Shown piece after piece: positions 26,479 to 44,478 of a stretch of DNA of 64,000 nucleotides; within the stretch, counting starts at the first letter, position 1; each line of letters starts with the position of its first letter. The DNA is taken from positions 1-64,000 of the forward strand of contig NW_021832586.1 of assembly GCF_006345805.1 (NCBI RefSeq). The letters run 5' to 3'. This DNA is from Octopus sinensis (taxonomy: Eukaryota). Both the position numbers and the translations under genes were made by a program. Below the pieces are notes generated by a model that saw only the letters and a list, made by a program, of their open reading frames with translations, was not told the origin of the DNA and searched no databases.

Positions 26479-27013
26479 GAGTGAGAGAGCAGTGCATGCC
26501 ATCAAAGTGACACTGGGGTAAAATATACGAAGCCCAATATACCCATCATGACTACCCGTCTGATAAAGGTACACCAGGCACATGTATCACAACCATATGT
26601 GCGCGACATGGTGATCTCATATCAAGATAACAGCACATGACCTTGCAGGTGGGGCCCAGTTAGAATTTTCTTCAGGTTGAGTAGCCCATCCCGCTCAAAG
26701 GTCCCTGAATAAGGGTTGTTTAAGGGTGTTGAAAGAACCACCCATGTTTCCAGAGGTGAATTATTCAAACCCCAAAGAATCCCTCTCAGCACATGGCTAT
26801 GATGCTCCCCACTACTTCTGCTCGTGATCAGAGATGCACATATCGTCAGCCACTAAGGGACATGCTCAGCTGGTTAAGGTCAACAACTGACAAGCAAATC
26901 TGTGGTATTGAGCAGAATATTTGCTGTAGCCCATCTTTTATACCAAAACAAAACAATGTACATGATAACACTTCCAATCAGTTAAGATCAGAAGCCATGA
27001 GAGCCACTGCCTG
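26479..27013 (-). mobile_element. element X, apparently full length (~535 bp), non-coding
   Basis: Flanked on both sides by (ATT)n; homologous to 36380-36871 and 47886-48363. Confidence 0.88.
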
Positions 27014-27051
<38 letters not shown>

Positions 27052-27264
27052 CATCATCATCATCATCATTACCACCACCACCACCACCACCACCACCACC
27101 ACCACCACCACCACCATCATCATCATCATCGTCATCATCATCGTCATTATTGTTGTTGTTGTTGTTTTTGTTGTTGTTGTTCTTCTTGTTCTTGTTCTTG
27201 TTCTTGTTCTTGTTCTTGTTTCTTCTTCTTCTCTTCTTCTTCTTCTTCTTCTTCTCTTCTTCTT

Positions 27265-27295
<31 letters not shown>

Positions 27296-27315
27296 TTATT
27301 ATTATTATTATTATT
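27014..27315. repeat. compound microsatellite ATT/ATC/ACC/GTT/CTT
   Basis: Read directly. Confidence 0.95.
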
Positions 27316-28078
27316 ATGTTTTTTCGTTCTTTTTCTTCAATTTCTTCCGTTTCTTCTCGCCGAGTGTTTTCCGTACACCTAGGACAGAGAAGCTCATTGT
27401 ATGCATTCCCAGATTACACGCGAAAATTCACAGATAAAATATGTATTTAAAAATTAAGGAATAAATAAATTCATGGATGGATGTTGTTTTCACTGCGATA
27501 ATGCTCTTCTTAGTACATAAGCCGTTCCAGTTAATACGATTTTTTGCACTTCCTGTAGGGATGTTAAGCCTGGTATCATTTTCAAATGGGTTTCAGTACA
27601 TTTTTCTTTTATCATTCCTAGAGATCCTACAATCACTGGTACTAGAGTCGCCTTGAGATGCCACATTTAAAAAATTTCTATTAGAAAGTCTTTATGATTT
27701 ACTGATCTTTTAAAATTCTTTCGCCGCTATATTGTGATCGCAAGGAATACTCATGTCAATTAATAAACACATCTTTTTTGTCTGATCTTTTATAATAATA
27801 TCCGGTTTATTAGCTTTCATAGTTTTGTCGGAATGTACGGGGACGTCCCATAGAATTTGACACATTTTCTCCCTCAGTCACAGCTTCAGGATGGTGTTTA
27901 TACAATTTGTCAGCGGTTTTGATTTTATAATGCCGACATATTGTCCAATGTAAATACTGGCCCACTCTGTCATGTCTTGCTAAGACTCTGCACCCAGAGA
28001 TTAGGTGGTCTATAGTTTCAATCTCATCGTTACAGAATCGGCATTTTGGGTCAACTCCATTTTTTATCACATTGGCTT
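27316..28078 (-). mobile_element. R4/Dong family B relative, 5'-truncated
   Basis: NVIKNGVDPKCRFCNDEIETIDHLISGC; 3' UTR gaaaacactcggcgagaag resembles 36130-36177. Confidence 0.85.
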
Positions 28079-28080
28079 GG

Positions 28081-28125
<45 letters not shown>

Positions 28126-28199
28126 GTTATTGTTATTATTATTATTATTATTATCATCATCATCATCATCATCATCATCATTATCACTATTTTTATTAT

Positions 28200-29020
28200 T
28201 GGTCCCTGGCATCTGGAATGTGCTCAGGCGCTCTCTGTCCTCCACGGTTGGGCAATGCGATTAGTAGAAGTTCTACCAATATATAGAAATCTAGTGGGGG
28301 CTTAAGAATGAGAACTGGGAAAGTAGGCGTCATCGCCGATGAACTAGCTGGACTGTATAGGAAGATTTTAGCGCCTGTATTATCATGGATAATTGCAAAA
28401 ATCCCTAGCCTGACACGTTACCGAGGAGCACTGTGAGTTCGAGGTAAACTCTACAAGCAAGGAAGCACTTGCTTGCATTGAAGCAGAGTCCCGGGTATTG
28501 CTGACATGAATGGTTATGTTGGACAGCTGTTATTGCGTGTTGGACAGATCCGACCATCGGCCGAATCTATTGTGAGCATCAACACCCTACCTACACTTTA
28601 ACAAAGCAGGAAATGCAGTGTTCCTCTGCCTAGTGTTGGCTGGAATTACCTAGTAGAGACTTCTATCTCTTCTGCAAAGCCTTCGTTGACTTTTGGTTGT
28701 GGCAAAAATGGTTAGAGTGAATGTGCGCCTGAAAATTAGAGAGCAACAGCTGAGAGAGTGCTCGTACTTTTGGTGGTCAGAGTAATCTGGATTTGTGGGG
28801 TTCCTTGATTCGTCTTAGTTTGAGTTACTCCTGTATCAGGAAGACTGAGTCATTCATGTTATCACATACTCTGTATACAATGTATACTTTTAACGTATTT
28901 CACTGCCTTTACCATTTCTTTCTCCTCATATATTATGTAAATCCCCACACAACTTGTTGACTGTCCTTGTTATGTCCTTCTTCTCCATGTCCATGCGGCT
29001 AATAAAAGAAACGATTATTA
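28200..29020 (+). mobile_element. Tx1/L1-like LINE 3' remnant
   Basis: AVFLCLV and VAKMVRV resemble the C-terminus of the 37212-39800 element; ends aataaaagaaacg(att)n. Confidence 0.5.
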
Positions 29021-29581
29021 TTATTACTATTCCTTTCGGGTGACTTTCGAGCCGACGTCTATGGATAATTTTCAATAATCCTGGCGAAATAGTTTATAAG
29101 CTCTCTGTTAGTACACTAGGCTAACACGAATGTAGATCAGTAAGGAATTCCGCGTCCTCTTGTGGCGGAGTCTGAGGTTATAGTTCATTACCTTTCTATA
29201 TTGTAAATTCATGGTTACACTCCATTTATACTGGTTTTTACACAGAACGATATACATGACAAAACATAAAGAATGGTATTTTCATATTTTTCGTTATTGT
29301 CGTTAATTAAACTAGCAGCTGTTTCAAGTTTCTAGGTCGTTCAAGTTTTCCCAATAGATCAATGGGTCGATTGAGTAAAACTATCAATAACGAATCCTAT
29401 AATGACTTCAGCATACATCTGTCAAGTTTGCTAATTCAAGAAGGCATGAGTCTAAATATGTAAAGATCATATGCCTTGTCTCAAACATATATATATATAT
29501 ATATTATATATATATATATATTATATATATATATATATAATAATATTATTATATATATATATAATATATATTATATATATA

Positions 29582-29800
29582 TAGTTAGTTAAAGTTAATC
29601 CAAACAAGAAAGCACAGAAAAAACACAACAACACGAGGAAGTGGAACAAGTATAGTATTATTGGACGCTCAAGAAGGAAGGGAAGAAGGGGGTTTAACGT
29701 TTCGAGCGGAGCTCTTCGTCAGAAACACAGGAGAGGGAAATCTCCAAAGAAGGGAAGACGGAGGAAAATATTGCCACGGTACACACGCGGGCACATTTTA
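29582..29800 (-). mobile_element. short Penelope-like (PLE)-type non-autonomous repeat in (TA)n
   Basis: Carries a hammerhead motif; partial homolog at 16670-16720. Confidence 0.5.
29692..29726 (-). ncRNA. minimal type I hammerhead ribozyme motif
   Basis: GUUU-CUGACGA-A-GAGC(UCC)GCUC-GAAAC-GUU-AAAC: core, stem II and 4-bp stem I present; extra A after the core; stem III only possible as a dimer. Confidence 0.55.
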
Positions 29801-30938
29801 CATATATATTTACAGGGTGGCCCAGAAGTAGGTTTACAATTATTTAACTATCTCTTTTGCATTCATATATTAACAGTTTAAATCTTAATTATAAGAAATA
29901 TGAAACCATTATTCTATGTTCATTTACTTAATGTTGTTAAGCTCTTTTTTCAGTTTGTAAGATAGAAACTTAAATGTAATAAAATGTTTTACAAGAAATT
30001 TTAAGTGATAACTGTAAACCAACTTTTGATATATATATATATACATGTATACACACACAAGCGCATATGCGCATTCACACACAAACCTGGTGAGTGAAGG
30101 ACATTGAATGGACCGTGAGGGGAACGAGTAAAAGTGAATGTCTGTGTGTGAGGGTGAACTATAAAAAAGCAAAGGACATATCGTAAATGTTGTGGTTATG
30201 TGTAATAATTGTTAGTGAAACTGATAAGAATAAAGAACCAATGTGGCACCAATCCTCTATTTCCACTATTACCATCGCTTGTAAAGTCTATTGTAATACA
30301 GTGATGATGGGATTGAAGAAGAGAGTGAGATGAATGGTATATAGTAAATATAAATAAGACAAAAGTTAGAACAGTAAAAACTAATGTAAAAATAGATATG
30401 AATGCAAACAATACCAATGAGAACAACATCGACTATTACAACAACAACAACAACAACAACAATAGCAGTATCAGTATAACTCCTATAATGATAGCCTTAA
30501 TAATTATACCAACGACAATAACCAATAGTTGAATAGCAGTGCAATATTCATTGAGTCAATTTAAATGCTGTTGAATGACAACAGAAATATGTGGAGGGAG
30601 AGAGGAGAAGAAAGGGAGAGGGGGAGAGGGAAGACAACAGGAAAAGGGGAAGTTAGAGGGGGAGGGAAGGGGAAGAAGACGACAGGAAAGCGAGGAGAAA
30701 GAGAAGTAGAGGAGAGAGTCTTTAAAATTACTATGAAAGGACAAACAAACAAACCAAACTGAAAACAAACCTAAACAAAAGAAGCTGATAAACCAAGACA
30801 AAAACAAAGCAAAAAAAAACAGAACAATTAACAAAGTAAAAGTGAATAAACAAAGCAAGTGTCGAACAAAAAAATAGAAAAATACATTAAAGGTAATAAA
30901 AATTACAATGGTAGCGACAGCGACCATAACAACAATAG

Positions 30939-30970
<32 letters not shown>

Positions 30971-31048
30971 CTGCTGCTGCTACTGATGATGATGATGATG
31001 ATGATAATAATAATAATAATAATAATAATAGTAATAATAATAATAATA

Positions 31049-31119
<71 letters not shown>

Positions 31120-31398
31120 GAAGATCAACAAGAACATTGTGGACAACGACTGTGACTGAAGCAGTAGAAAGAATAAACAGAGGACCCCGAATAATTTTGA
31201 AAGAAAACGTTTGAATGGGTTAACTGAAGTGATGAGACAAGTTGTATAAAGTTGAGTCAAATAAATATGACTACAAATACATCGATTAATATCACGGAGG
31301 CGTAAACGATGATAATGATGGTTATAATAATCATAACAACAAGAATAAACAATAATAATAATAATGATAATAATAATGATAATAATAATAATAATAAT

Positions 31399-31441
<43 letters not shown>

Positions 31442-31474
31442 TAATTCTTAATAATAATAATAATAATAATAATG

Positions 31475-31511
<37 letters not shown>

Positions 31512-31536
31512 TAATAACACTAAAAGTAATAAAGGT

Positions 31537-31735
31537 TCCAAATAGTGGCACAAGGCCAACAATTCTGAAGAAAAGAGTAAACCGATTATATCGACCTTAG
31601 TGCTCAAATGATACTTATTTTACCGTTCCAGAAAGAATGAAAGGAAAATCCGATCTTAGCGAGGTTTGAACTCAGAAAGTAGAGACGGGCGAAATGCCGC
31701 TAAGCATTTCGTCCGGCATACTAACGATCTGCCTC
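31537..31735 (-). mobile_element. SINE S2, diverged
   Basis: Family match. Confidence 0.7.
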
Positions 31736-31752
31736 CTTGGTGCCTTAATAAT

Positions 31753-31850
<98 letters not shown>

Positions 31851-32254
31851 TAATAATAATAATAGTAATAATAATAATAATTATTATTATTATCACCCAC
31901 GACACACACACTCACAGAGTTCAGCCAACACAAACCTCACCTCGGCTCTTTAGATGTTAACCAAATATGAAAGTATTATTTGACAGGCAAGAACTGTCGT
32001 TGAAGACAGTCAGCCAGCCAACCATCAATCCAGCCAACGAGACAGACAGACACTACTGTGATGGTGATAATGATAAAAAACAAAAATAACAATAATAAGA
32101 TACTGCTGTGACTACACATAAAACAATATCATTGATGATGATGATGATGATGATGGCGATGGTGATGATGATAATGATGATGGTAATGGTGGTGATAATG
32201 ATGATAGTGATAATAACGGCGATGATAATAACGATAATAAGCCGACTACGGCTG

Positions 32255-36276
<4,022 letters not shown>

Positions 36277-36324
36277 TAATAATAATAATAATAATAATAT
36301 AATAATAATATAATAATAATAATA

Positions 36325-36359
<35 letters not shown>

Positions 36360-36379
36360 TAATAATAATAAGGCAATAC

Positions 36380-36871
36380 CAGACAGTGGCTCTCGTGGCT
36401 TCTGATCTTAACTGATTGGAAGTGTTATCATGTACATTGTTTTGTCTTGGTATAAAAGATGGGCTACAGCAAATATTCTGCTCAATACCACAGATTTGCC
36501 TGTCAGTTGTTTGACCTTAACCAGTTGAGCATGTCCCTTAGTGGATGACGATATGTGCATCTCTGATCACGAGCAGAAGTAGTGGGGGAGCATCATAGCC
36601 ATGTGTCGAGAGGGATTCTTTGGGGTTTGGATAATTCACCTCTGGAGACATGGGTGTTTCGTTCAACACCCTTAAACAACCCTTATTCAGGGACCTTTTG
36701 AGCGGGATGGGTTACTCGACCTGAAGAAAATTCTAACTGGGCCCCAACTGCAAGGTCATGTGCTGTTTATCTTGATATAAGATCACCATGTCGCGCACAT
36801 ATGGTTGTGATGCATGTGCTTCGTATATTTACCCCAGTGTCACTTTGATGGCATGCACTGCTCTCTCACTC
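36380..36871 (+). mobile_element. element X, near full length
   Basis: cagacagtggctctc ... ctctctcactc(aat)n. Confidence 0.88.
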
Positions 36872-36934
36872 AATAATATATAATAATAATAATAATTAAT
36901 AATAAGAATAAATAATAATAATATAATAATAATA

Positions 36935-36970
<36 letters not shown>

Positions 36971-37018
36971 TAATAATAATATGATAATGTTAATAAAATA
37001 ATAATAATAATAATAGCA

Positions 37019-37057
<39 letters not shown>

Positions 37058-37211
37058 TAATAATAATGATGATGATGATGTTGATGATGTGATGATGATA
37101 GTAATAATAAAAACAACCAAAACAACAACAAGAACAATAATAATTATAATAAGAATAATTATTGTTATTATTGTTGTTGTTGTTGTTGTTGTTATTATTA
37201 TTATTAATATT

Positions 37212-39800
37212 ATTTCATTTATTGGCCACTAGGGCCGACATATTGGGGACGATATGGACTGTGGAAATCTTACACGGAAACAACGAGTACACAACAGAAT
37301 AACAATGATATCCAACAAAGAATATAACAAAGAAAGTCCCCCAGTGGATTGGGGGGTAACCACCTAAATTTAGCTCAGGTACCCCACCAATCCTGAAATA
37401 CTCGACGCTTCGAGAGCATCTGGGAAGAGCACCGTTCTCTCTCTGAAATTCACTAGCCTGCAGGCACATTATAAGAGAAGGCCCACTCACACGTGCTATT
37501 TTCGCTACATTCACCCACCTTTTTGCAAATGTACTGAGAGCCAGCACTTCTCTCTACATCTTCATCTTCCTTTCTAAATGAAATCTGAAAAAGTTGATGA
37601 GTTATTGGCCGAACAGAAAAATGTCTGTCTTAAGTCCTTTCAACCTGGTCCACCATACAACCTCTTTCGCTACTGCTATCAGACAGAGGAAAATTGTCTG
37701 CCCTTCCGGGCCAATGGAAAGCGTCGGCTCGGTCTTCACGTGACAACAGCTGATCCGTCCTACACGTGATAACAGCTGATCAACATAACTTTACAAGTCA
37801 GTAATGCAAGAAAATTGGACGAGTGCGAGCTGAACGGTTTCGTCGCTCTGAGCGCATCTCGGGCAGGTCCGTCTGACAGCACTTCCGTGCCTTTGCCGGG
37901 GGGCACTGCCAAGCAAAGGATTTCTGAAAGTTATCCATCGTCCCCAGCTCGAAAATACCCCTAAACAGACAGGTTAGTTCGATTTAGTTAACGCCTAGCG
38001 TCTCTCCAAGTACGTCATCGCTCTTTTCCTCCATAGAACTCTAGAGTGGGTGTTCTACTGATAGCATTGCCTGCCTAGTAGAAGGCAACGAGTGCCTGGC
38101 AATATTCTAGATGCCAATCACCCTTCCTCGGTCACTCCCTGACCCAGGATTGCAGCTCAATAAAGGAGACAAGCTGTGGAAAAGCATGTTTCACAAACGG
38201 TAACCACACCTGTTCACCGTTTAGGCAGAATATCTGGAGATGCCACAGCCTCAGCGCATATCTGCGCATCATTAGCCACGACATGTCCCGCCCTCGGCGT
38301 AGAGGGTGCTGGCAGCAGATGGACCGCCTCACCATTGGAACCTGTCCCCTCCGCAGGAATTTGAAGAGGAGACATTATAACTTGGTGAGGTGCGATCGGG
38401 GGCAAGGCACAACGGTCAAACAGCAGTTGATGGCGGACGCAATGTACGCATTCGGCACCTCCGCTCAATATTTCAGTGATAGCTTCCTACCAGCTAATTC
38501 CTGGGTGAGACTGGCTACCCAGCTCGTTTCCTCGTCCCAGTTCTTATCCACCTGGAGGTCTGGTACGAACCAAACTCCAAGCAACTTTATTGGTCCGTAC
38601 GCCCAGCGCCCAACGACGCTCTTGGACGGTATGGACTTGCCTCTCCAGGGTCCGAGGCGCAAGCCCACCGACTATTCCGGGTTAAGTTTTGCTCTCGTTA
38701 AATTTTCATGTTCCTCCAATGATGTGCCGACCACCTCGATTTCTGAGGTGTCCGACACCATGACGGTAATGTCGTCAGCATACGCCAACACAGTTCTCCT
38801 GCTTCCCAGTTCGAGCGGTATGCTCTGCAGCAGTTCTAGCTTCCGCATTAGAGGCTCAACGGCCAATACATACAGAAGGTCTGAAACGGTTCCAAGAGAT
38901 GGCTATTAATTTTGACCACAAAGCAGATGCCTCTGTGCATTGCAGCGATCCAACCTCTGAAGACTGGGCCAAAGCCAGCCGCTTTGATCTATATATCGAT
39001 CGTTGATCCTATCAAATGCTTTCGATTGATCTAAATTGATTAACGCCCCATCGAAGTTAGGTTTACACTCTACCCTTTCTATGATGTATCGCTCGAGGAG
39101 ATTGTCGTGTATGAACCTAGTCGGTATTGCGCATGTTTGCGCTATTCCGACCAAGTCCTCAACAAACACCAATCTCTTTGCTAATACATTGACCAAAATC
39201 TTAAACTCTGTGTTAAGCAGAGTTATGGGCCTGAAATTTTCTAATGTTTCCCTCTTGTTTTCGTCTTTCCTTATCAGCGTCACTACGTCTCGGCTCACTG
39301 AACTAGGAATACTTCGGTACCGCTGCCAGTTGCTGTAGAGCGCTTCAAGCAGAAACCTGGCATATTTAAGTCTGGCATATTTAAGTGTGGCGTATTTAAG
39401 TAAAGATCACAGGGCAGACCATGTAATCCTGGTGCCTTACGCCACCTGCAGCCGATAATGGCATCATGAATTTCGGCTGAAGTTATTTACCTTTTACAGC
39501 GCTCAGCGTCGGCCTAGGAGAGACACCGCAAGCTGTGGGGTAGGAACTGAAGTCCGCCACCATCTCCACCCTATCACTCTTTCCAAACAACCAAGTAAAA
39601 TGCTGGCGAAAGGCCTCACATAACTGCCTGGAATCGCTCAGCTCGTGTTTGTCTCGGTCCATGAAAGACCAAATTGTGGTTTTGTTTCTGATTATTTCAG
39701 AAAACGAGGGATGCTAGGAGCGTAGGTGGCCAAATGTCTAAAGACACTACATTCACTGTTGCTCACTTCCAGGACCACCAACTTCCCGTCTGGGTCCCGG
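37212..39800 (-). mobile_element. Tx1/L1-clade LINE relic (APE scrap, RT, C-terminal Zn motif, 3' UTR)
   Basis: DPDGKLVVLEV; NFRPITLLNTEFKIL, LDQSKAFDR, AYADD, IKLLGVWF; CPRC..DETV; AKEVVWWTRLKGL; AATAAA before the tail. Confidence 0.85.
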
Positions 39801-40440
39801 AAAACTAGACTTTTGTGTCCAAAAATTTAACGCTAGATTTTGAAAAAACTAGACGTAAATTTCTGTGACTGTTATGCTAGAAACTATGGCTTTAAATCCA
39901 ACATAAAATTTACTTCTAGTTTTTCAAAAACTAGCTTTGAATTTTTGGACAAAAAAGTCAAGTTTTCTGGAGGCAGAATAATGACAGAATTATTTTGCAA
40001 GCCCACGTCATCCCACATTTATCTCCACCGCCTCTCCGATCATCCAAATCATCTCATTCGGTCAAATCCGAAATCTCAGTTTTTAAAGATAAAACAGATT
40101 TGTACTGACATGGGGGATTACTGGAAACATGCAAATGCATTTGTATGTTATTATGTCAAACGCGGTTACAGTGAATCACGATTAAAGGAAATAGCAAATG
40201 AAATATTAGCAAAGCTAGTCAAACCTATACGCATAATTTTAGCAAACACAATACAATAGATGACAGAATTCCTTTAGTGATTAAATGGCACCGACATTTC
40301 GCTGGCATTTCAAAAGTTTTGCATAAAAGTTACCAGCATGCGGCGAAAAAGTATTCTCTTTTCATTCCTCAGCCGCCTATTGTAACCTTTAGACGAATAA
40401 GAATATAAGAGAATTATTGACCGCTATATCTGACTCAAAG
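39797..40440 (+). mobile_element. Penelope-like element RT fragment with inverted 5' end
   Basis: IKFT..FSKTSFEFLD, TELFCKPTSSHIYLHRLSDHP, SQFLKIKQIC, RGYS, PPIVTFRR. Confidence 0.8.
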
Positions 40441-40450
40441 AAAACGAAAA

Positions 40451-41290
40451 TCTGGCTTAAAATCTGAAACAGAAGGGTTTATCGTAGCAGCTCAAGATCA
40501 ATGCCTACCAACAAGGAACTACCAGGCCAACATGTTAAAGAACGGCAGTAGCCCAACATGTCGTGTATATCAACAACAAAATGAAACCATTGATCATCCA
40601 AGTGCAGTCTTCTTGCGCCTACAGAGTATCTCAACAGGCATGATAGAGCTGCACAATATATTAACTGGTAATTTGCAAAAACCTGGATTTGCCCCATGAA
40701 AAAAAACTGGTGGGAACACAAACCACCTCCAGTGCTTGAAAATGACCACATCTCACTCCCCTGGAACTTCACCATTCAAACTGACAGAAAGATAGATGCA
40801 AATAGGCCAGACATCATATTGAAAGACCAGACAAAAAACATGCCTCCTCATTGATATGACTGTCCCAATCGATATAAATGTATCTGTCAAGACCTACCAA
40901 AAACTTGAAATAGAAATCAGCAAAATGTGGAACCTGAAGACTAAAACAATACCTGTTGTCATAGGTGCCCTGGGAATGATAGCAAAAGGGGCTGATTGCT
41001 ACCTAACTCAGATACCAGGAAACCCCAAAATGGCAGAAATTCAAAAGATAGTGCTCATGGGAACTGCTCATATCCTACATAAAATACTTTCTATGTAATC
41101 TCAAGTTTTAAAACAAATATAATTTTCTTATGGTTTTTTAAACATTCTCTAGAACAATACTTTGTGCAAAACCAAATATATCGCACCCTAGGCATAATAC
41201 CAACTTAAACTTCTAACTTGTTCTCTATCGAGTTCTCTGGGTGAGACTTGGAGTCAATTTGTACAAATATAAAGCAAAAGTCAAACATAG
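40451..41290 (+). mobile_element. R4/Dong family A copy, 5'-truncated
   Basis: SGLKSETEGFIVAAQDQ through ILHKILSM*; 3' end gtcaaacatag(aat)n. Confidence 0.88.
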
Positions 41291-41495
41291 AATAATAATA
41301 ATTATAATAATAACAATAATAATAACAACAACAACAACAACAATAATAATAATAATAATAACAACAACAATAATAATAATAATAACAATAATAATAATAA
41401 CAATAATAATAATAATAATATTAATAATAATAGTAATAATAATAATAATAATAATAATGATGATAATAATAATAATGATGATGATGATGATGATA

Positions 41496-41554
<59 letters not shown>

Positions 41555-41580
41555 AATAATAATAATAATAATAATAATAA

Positions 41581-42245
41581 TGGGTTAAAATAAACAGAAA
41601 GGAAATCGATAAAGCAAAATCACAACAATGGCAGAGAAGCTCAGTACGCAAAGCAGAGACCGAAAGATTTTTAATTGCAGCACAAGATCAAAGCCTTCCC
41701 TCCAGAAATCATCAAAAAACATGTAATGAAAAGAAATACAAGTGCGATATATGAGGAGATGGACAAGAAACAATAAATCATATTTTCTGTGGCTGCCCAA
41801 TCCTGGCTAAGAAGGAATATAGTCACAGGTACGACAGAGTTCGGACTTATATATCCTGGAAGCTATGCTAACACTATGAAATTATAATAGAAAAGTGATG
41901 GTACAGGCACACGCCAGAAAAGATCACTGAAAATGAAAAAGCAACCATACTCTGGGATAGAGAAATTAAGGTCAATAGTCGGAATGTAGTTGTCAGAGAT
42001 TACCAACAAAAAAATTATTTTCTAATCGATGTGTCAATACCAATAGATGACAATACAGAGATCAGAAAACAAAGTAACTCGAATGTGGAGCCTAAAGACA
42101 GAAACAATTCTTTCCATAGTAGGTGCATGACGTATGAGAAAAATATTTTTTCAGTTTTGATCATGAGATTTAAACAAACTTTTATTTCGTGCGTTCACTG
42201 TAACTTTTTACCGGTAAGCTGGGACATGACGTGGTGGAGATTACA
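41581..42245 (+). mobile_element. diverged R4/Dong family C-like fragment
   Basis: Homologous to 46600-47150; flanked by AAT tracts. Confidence 0.7.
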
Positions 42246-42904
42246 ATAACGATAATAATAATAACAATAATAATAATAATATAATAATAATAATATAATA
42301 ATAATATAATAATAATAATATAATAATAATAATAATAATAATAAATAATAATAATATTAATAACGACAATAATGACAATAATAAAACACGTGAAAGTCAT
42401 GGACAGGCGAGACAGAATTCTTTCATGCTTTCAGATATCCTCGGTGGCCCTAAGGTGGCACTAAAGGTAATAAAGACTGACCTTTACTTCCCAGCTAAAT
42501 GATAGCAAATTTTCCTCAGAACACTTCTTACTATAATGACGAAAGAAAGAAAACTAATAATCTAGTTTACGAAAAACAAATGTATGTATGGTTACGCTGG
42601 GATTGTTTTTGATTCTAGGACTTTTCGAGCAAAGTTAACCTAAATTTAGACAACCATATTTACAATAACAAAAACAAAAAAAAACAATAATAATATCAAT
42701 AGAATTGATAATGTTTTGTTAGATAAACACAAAGGAAAATATTTTGTTAAAGAAGAAAAGTAAATAATAGGGACTGGTACTTAATATATCAGTCTTTGGA
42801 CAAAATCATTTCTAGTGGAATTTGAATTCATAAAGTATCAAATAAACACATTAAAAAAATAAGTTAATAGTTCATAAAAAAGAACTTTTAGTAAAATTTG
42901 TTAA

Positions 42905-43706
42905 TTTGAAGTGTCAGAAAGAGACATTGTGAAAAGCAATGGTAATTTTAGAATTTTATGGAATTTTTCCATAATAGCTGAACGTATCAATGAAGCAAGG
43001 AAACAAGGTCTAATCGTAGATAACGGAAAAAGAAATGGTGTAAGATCATATATTTCGTATATCCATATAATAATAGTGTATGTATCAGGTAATGAAAATT
43101 CAACAAAAAATTTAGATATAGGCGCAGGTGTGTGTGTGCGGTAAGAAGCTTGATTCTCAACAGCATAGATCCAGGTTGAGTACCAGTATGTGAATCCTCG
43201 GCCAAGTGTCTTCTACTATAGCCGCCAAACTTTGTGAATGGATTCGGCAGAAGGAAACTGAAAGAAGCTAGTTGTATACGGGCCGACGAAAGCCTTGTGA
43301 ATAGATTTGGTGGAAGGAAACTGAGAAAAGCCAGTGATTAACACCAAAATGTACTTCAAAATGCACAATTTGCAGTGTACACTGACTTGTAGCCGAAACA
43401 CTAACTCAATTTTGATGAATTGAAGTGGGAAATAGGGAAATAGTGGGCAAAAGAATAGAGTGGAAGGGATACCAATAGTAATGGCGCACTTGTATGTATT
43501 GGCATTCAACTGGCAGCATGGCTCAAAAAGGTTGGTGCAAATGTAAAGATAGAACACCTACAAAACCAATCATTGCTTGGAATTGTAAGAGTTCGCCCAG
43601 GGTTCTTGAAGCATGATCAGTAACGCAGTCACAACTTAGTCTACTGGCAGGGTCAGCTGAAACGTTCCACCATACCCTGCAAAGTAAGCTGAAAGTTTTC
43701 TCCAAA
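42905..43706 (+). mobile_element. old R4/Dong family E-like fragment interrupted by a SINE S1 head (43130-43335)
   Basis: NFRILWNFSI; WLKKVGANVKIEHLQ; 3' UTR resembles the reverse complement of 25745-25850. Confidence 0.6.
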
Positions 43707-43732
43707 TAATAATAATAATAATGATAATAATG

Positions 43733-43788
<56 letters not shown>

Positions 43789-44077
43789 AATGATAATAGC
43801 AACAACAACAACAATAATAATAATAATAATAATAATAATAGCAATAATAATAATATTAATAATAATAACAATAACGATAATAATAATAACAATAATAATA
43901 ATAATGATAATAATAACGATAAAAATAATAATAATAATAATATTAATAATGACATAATAACAATAACAAAATAACAATAACAATAATAACAATAATAATA
44001 AAAAAAACAATAATAATAACAATAATAATAACATTAATAATAATGATAATAATAACAATAATAATGATAATAAAAAC

Positions 44078-44111
<34 letters not shown>

Positions 44112-44357
44112 TGAAATGATAATAATAATATAATAATATATTAATATAATAATAATAATAACCAACAATAATAATATAATAACAATAATATTCATAATTA
44201 TAATAATATACAACAACCACAATAACAATAACAATAATAATAATAACGACAACTACAACAATAACTATAACAACAACAACAACACAATAATAATAACAAT
44301 AATAATAATAACAATAATAGTAATAAAAATAATAAAAAAAATAATAATAATAATAAT

Positions 44358-44394
<37 letters not shown>

Positions 44395-44407
44395 ACAATA
44401 ATAATAA

Positions 44408-44476
<69 letters not shown>

Positions 44477-44478
<2 letters not shown>

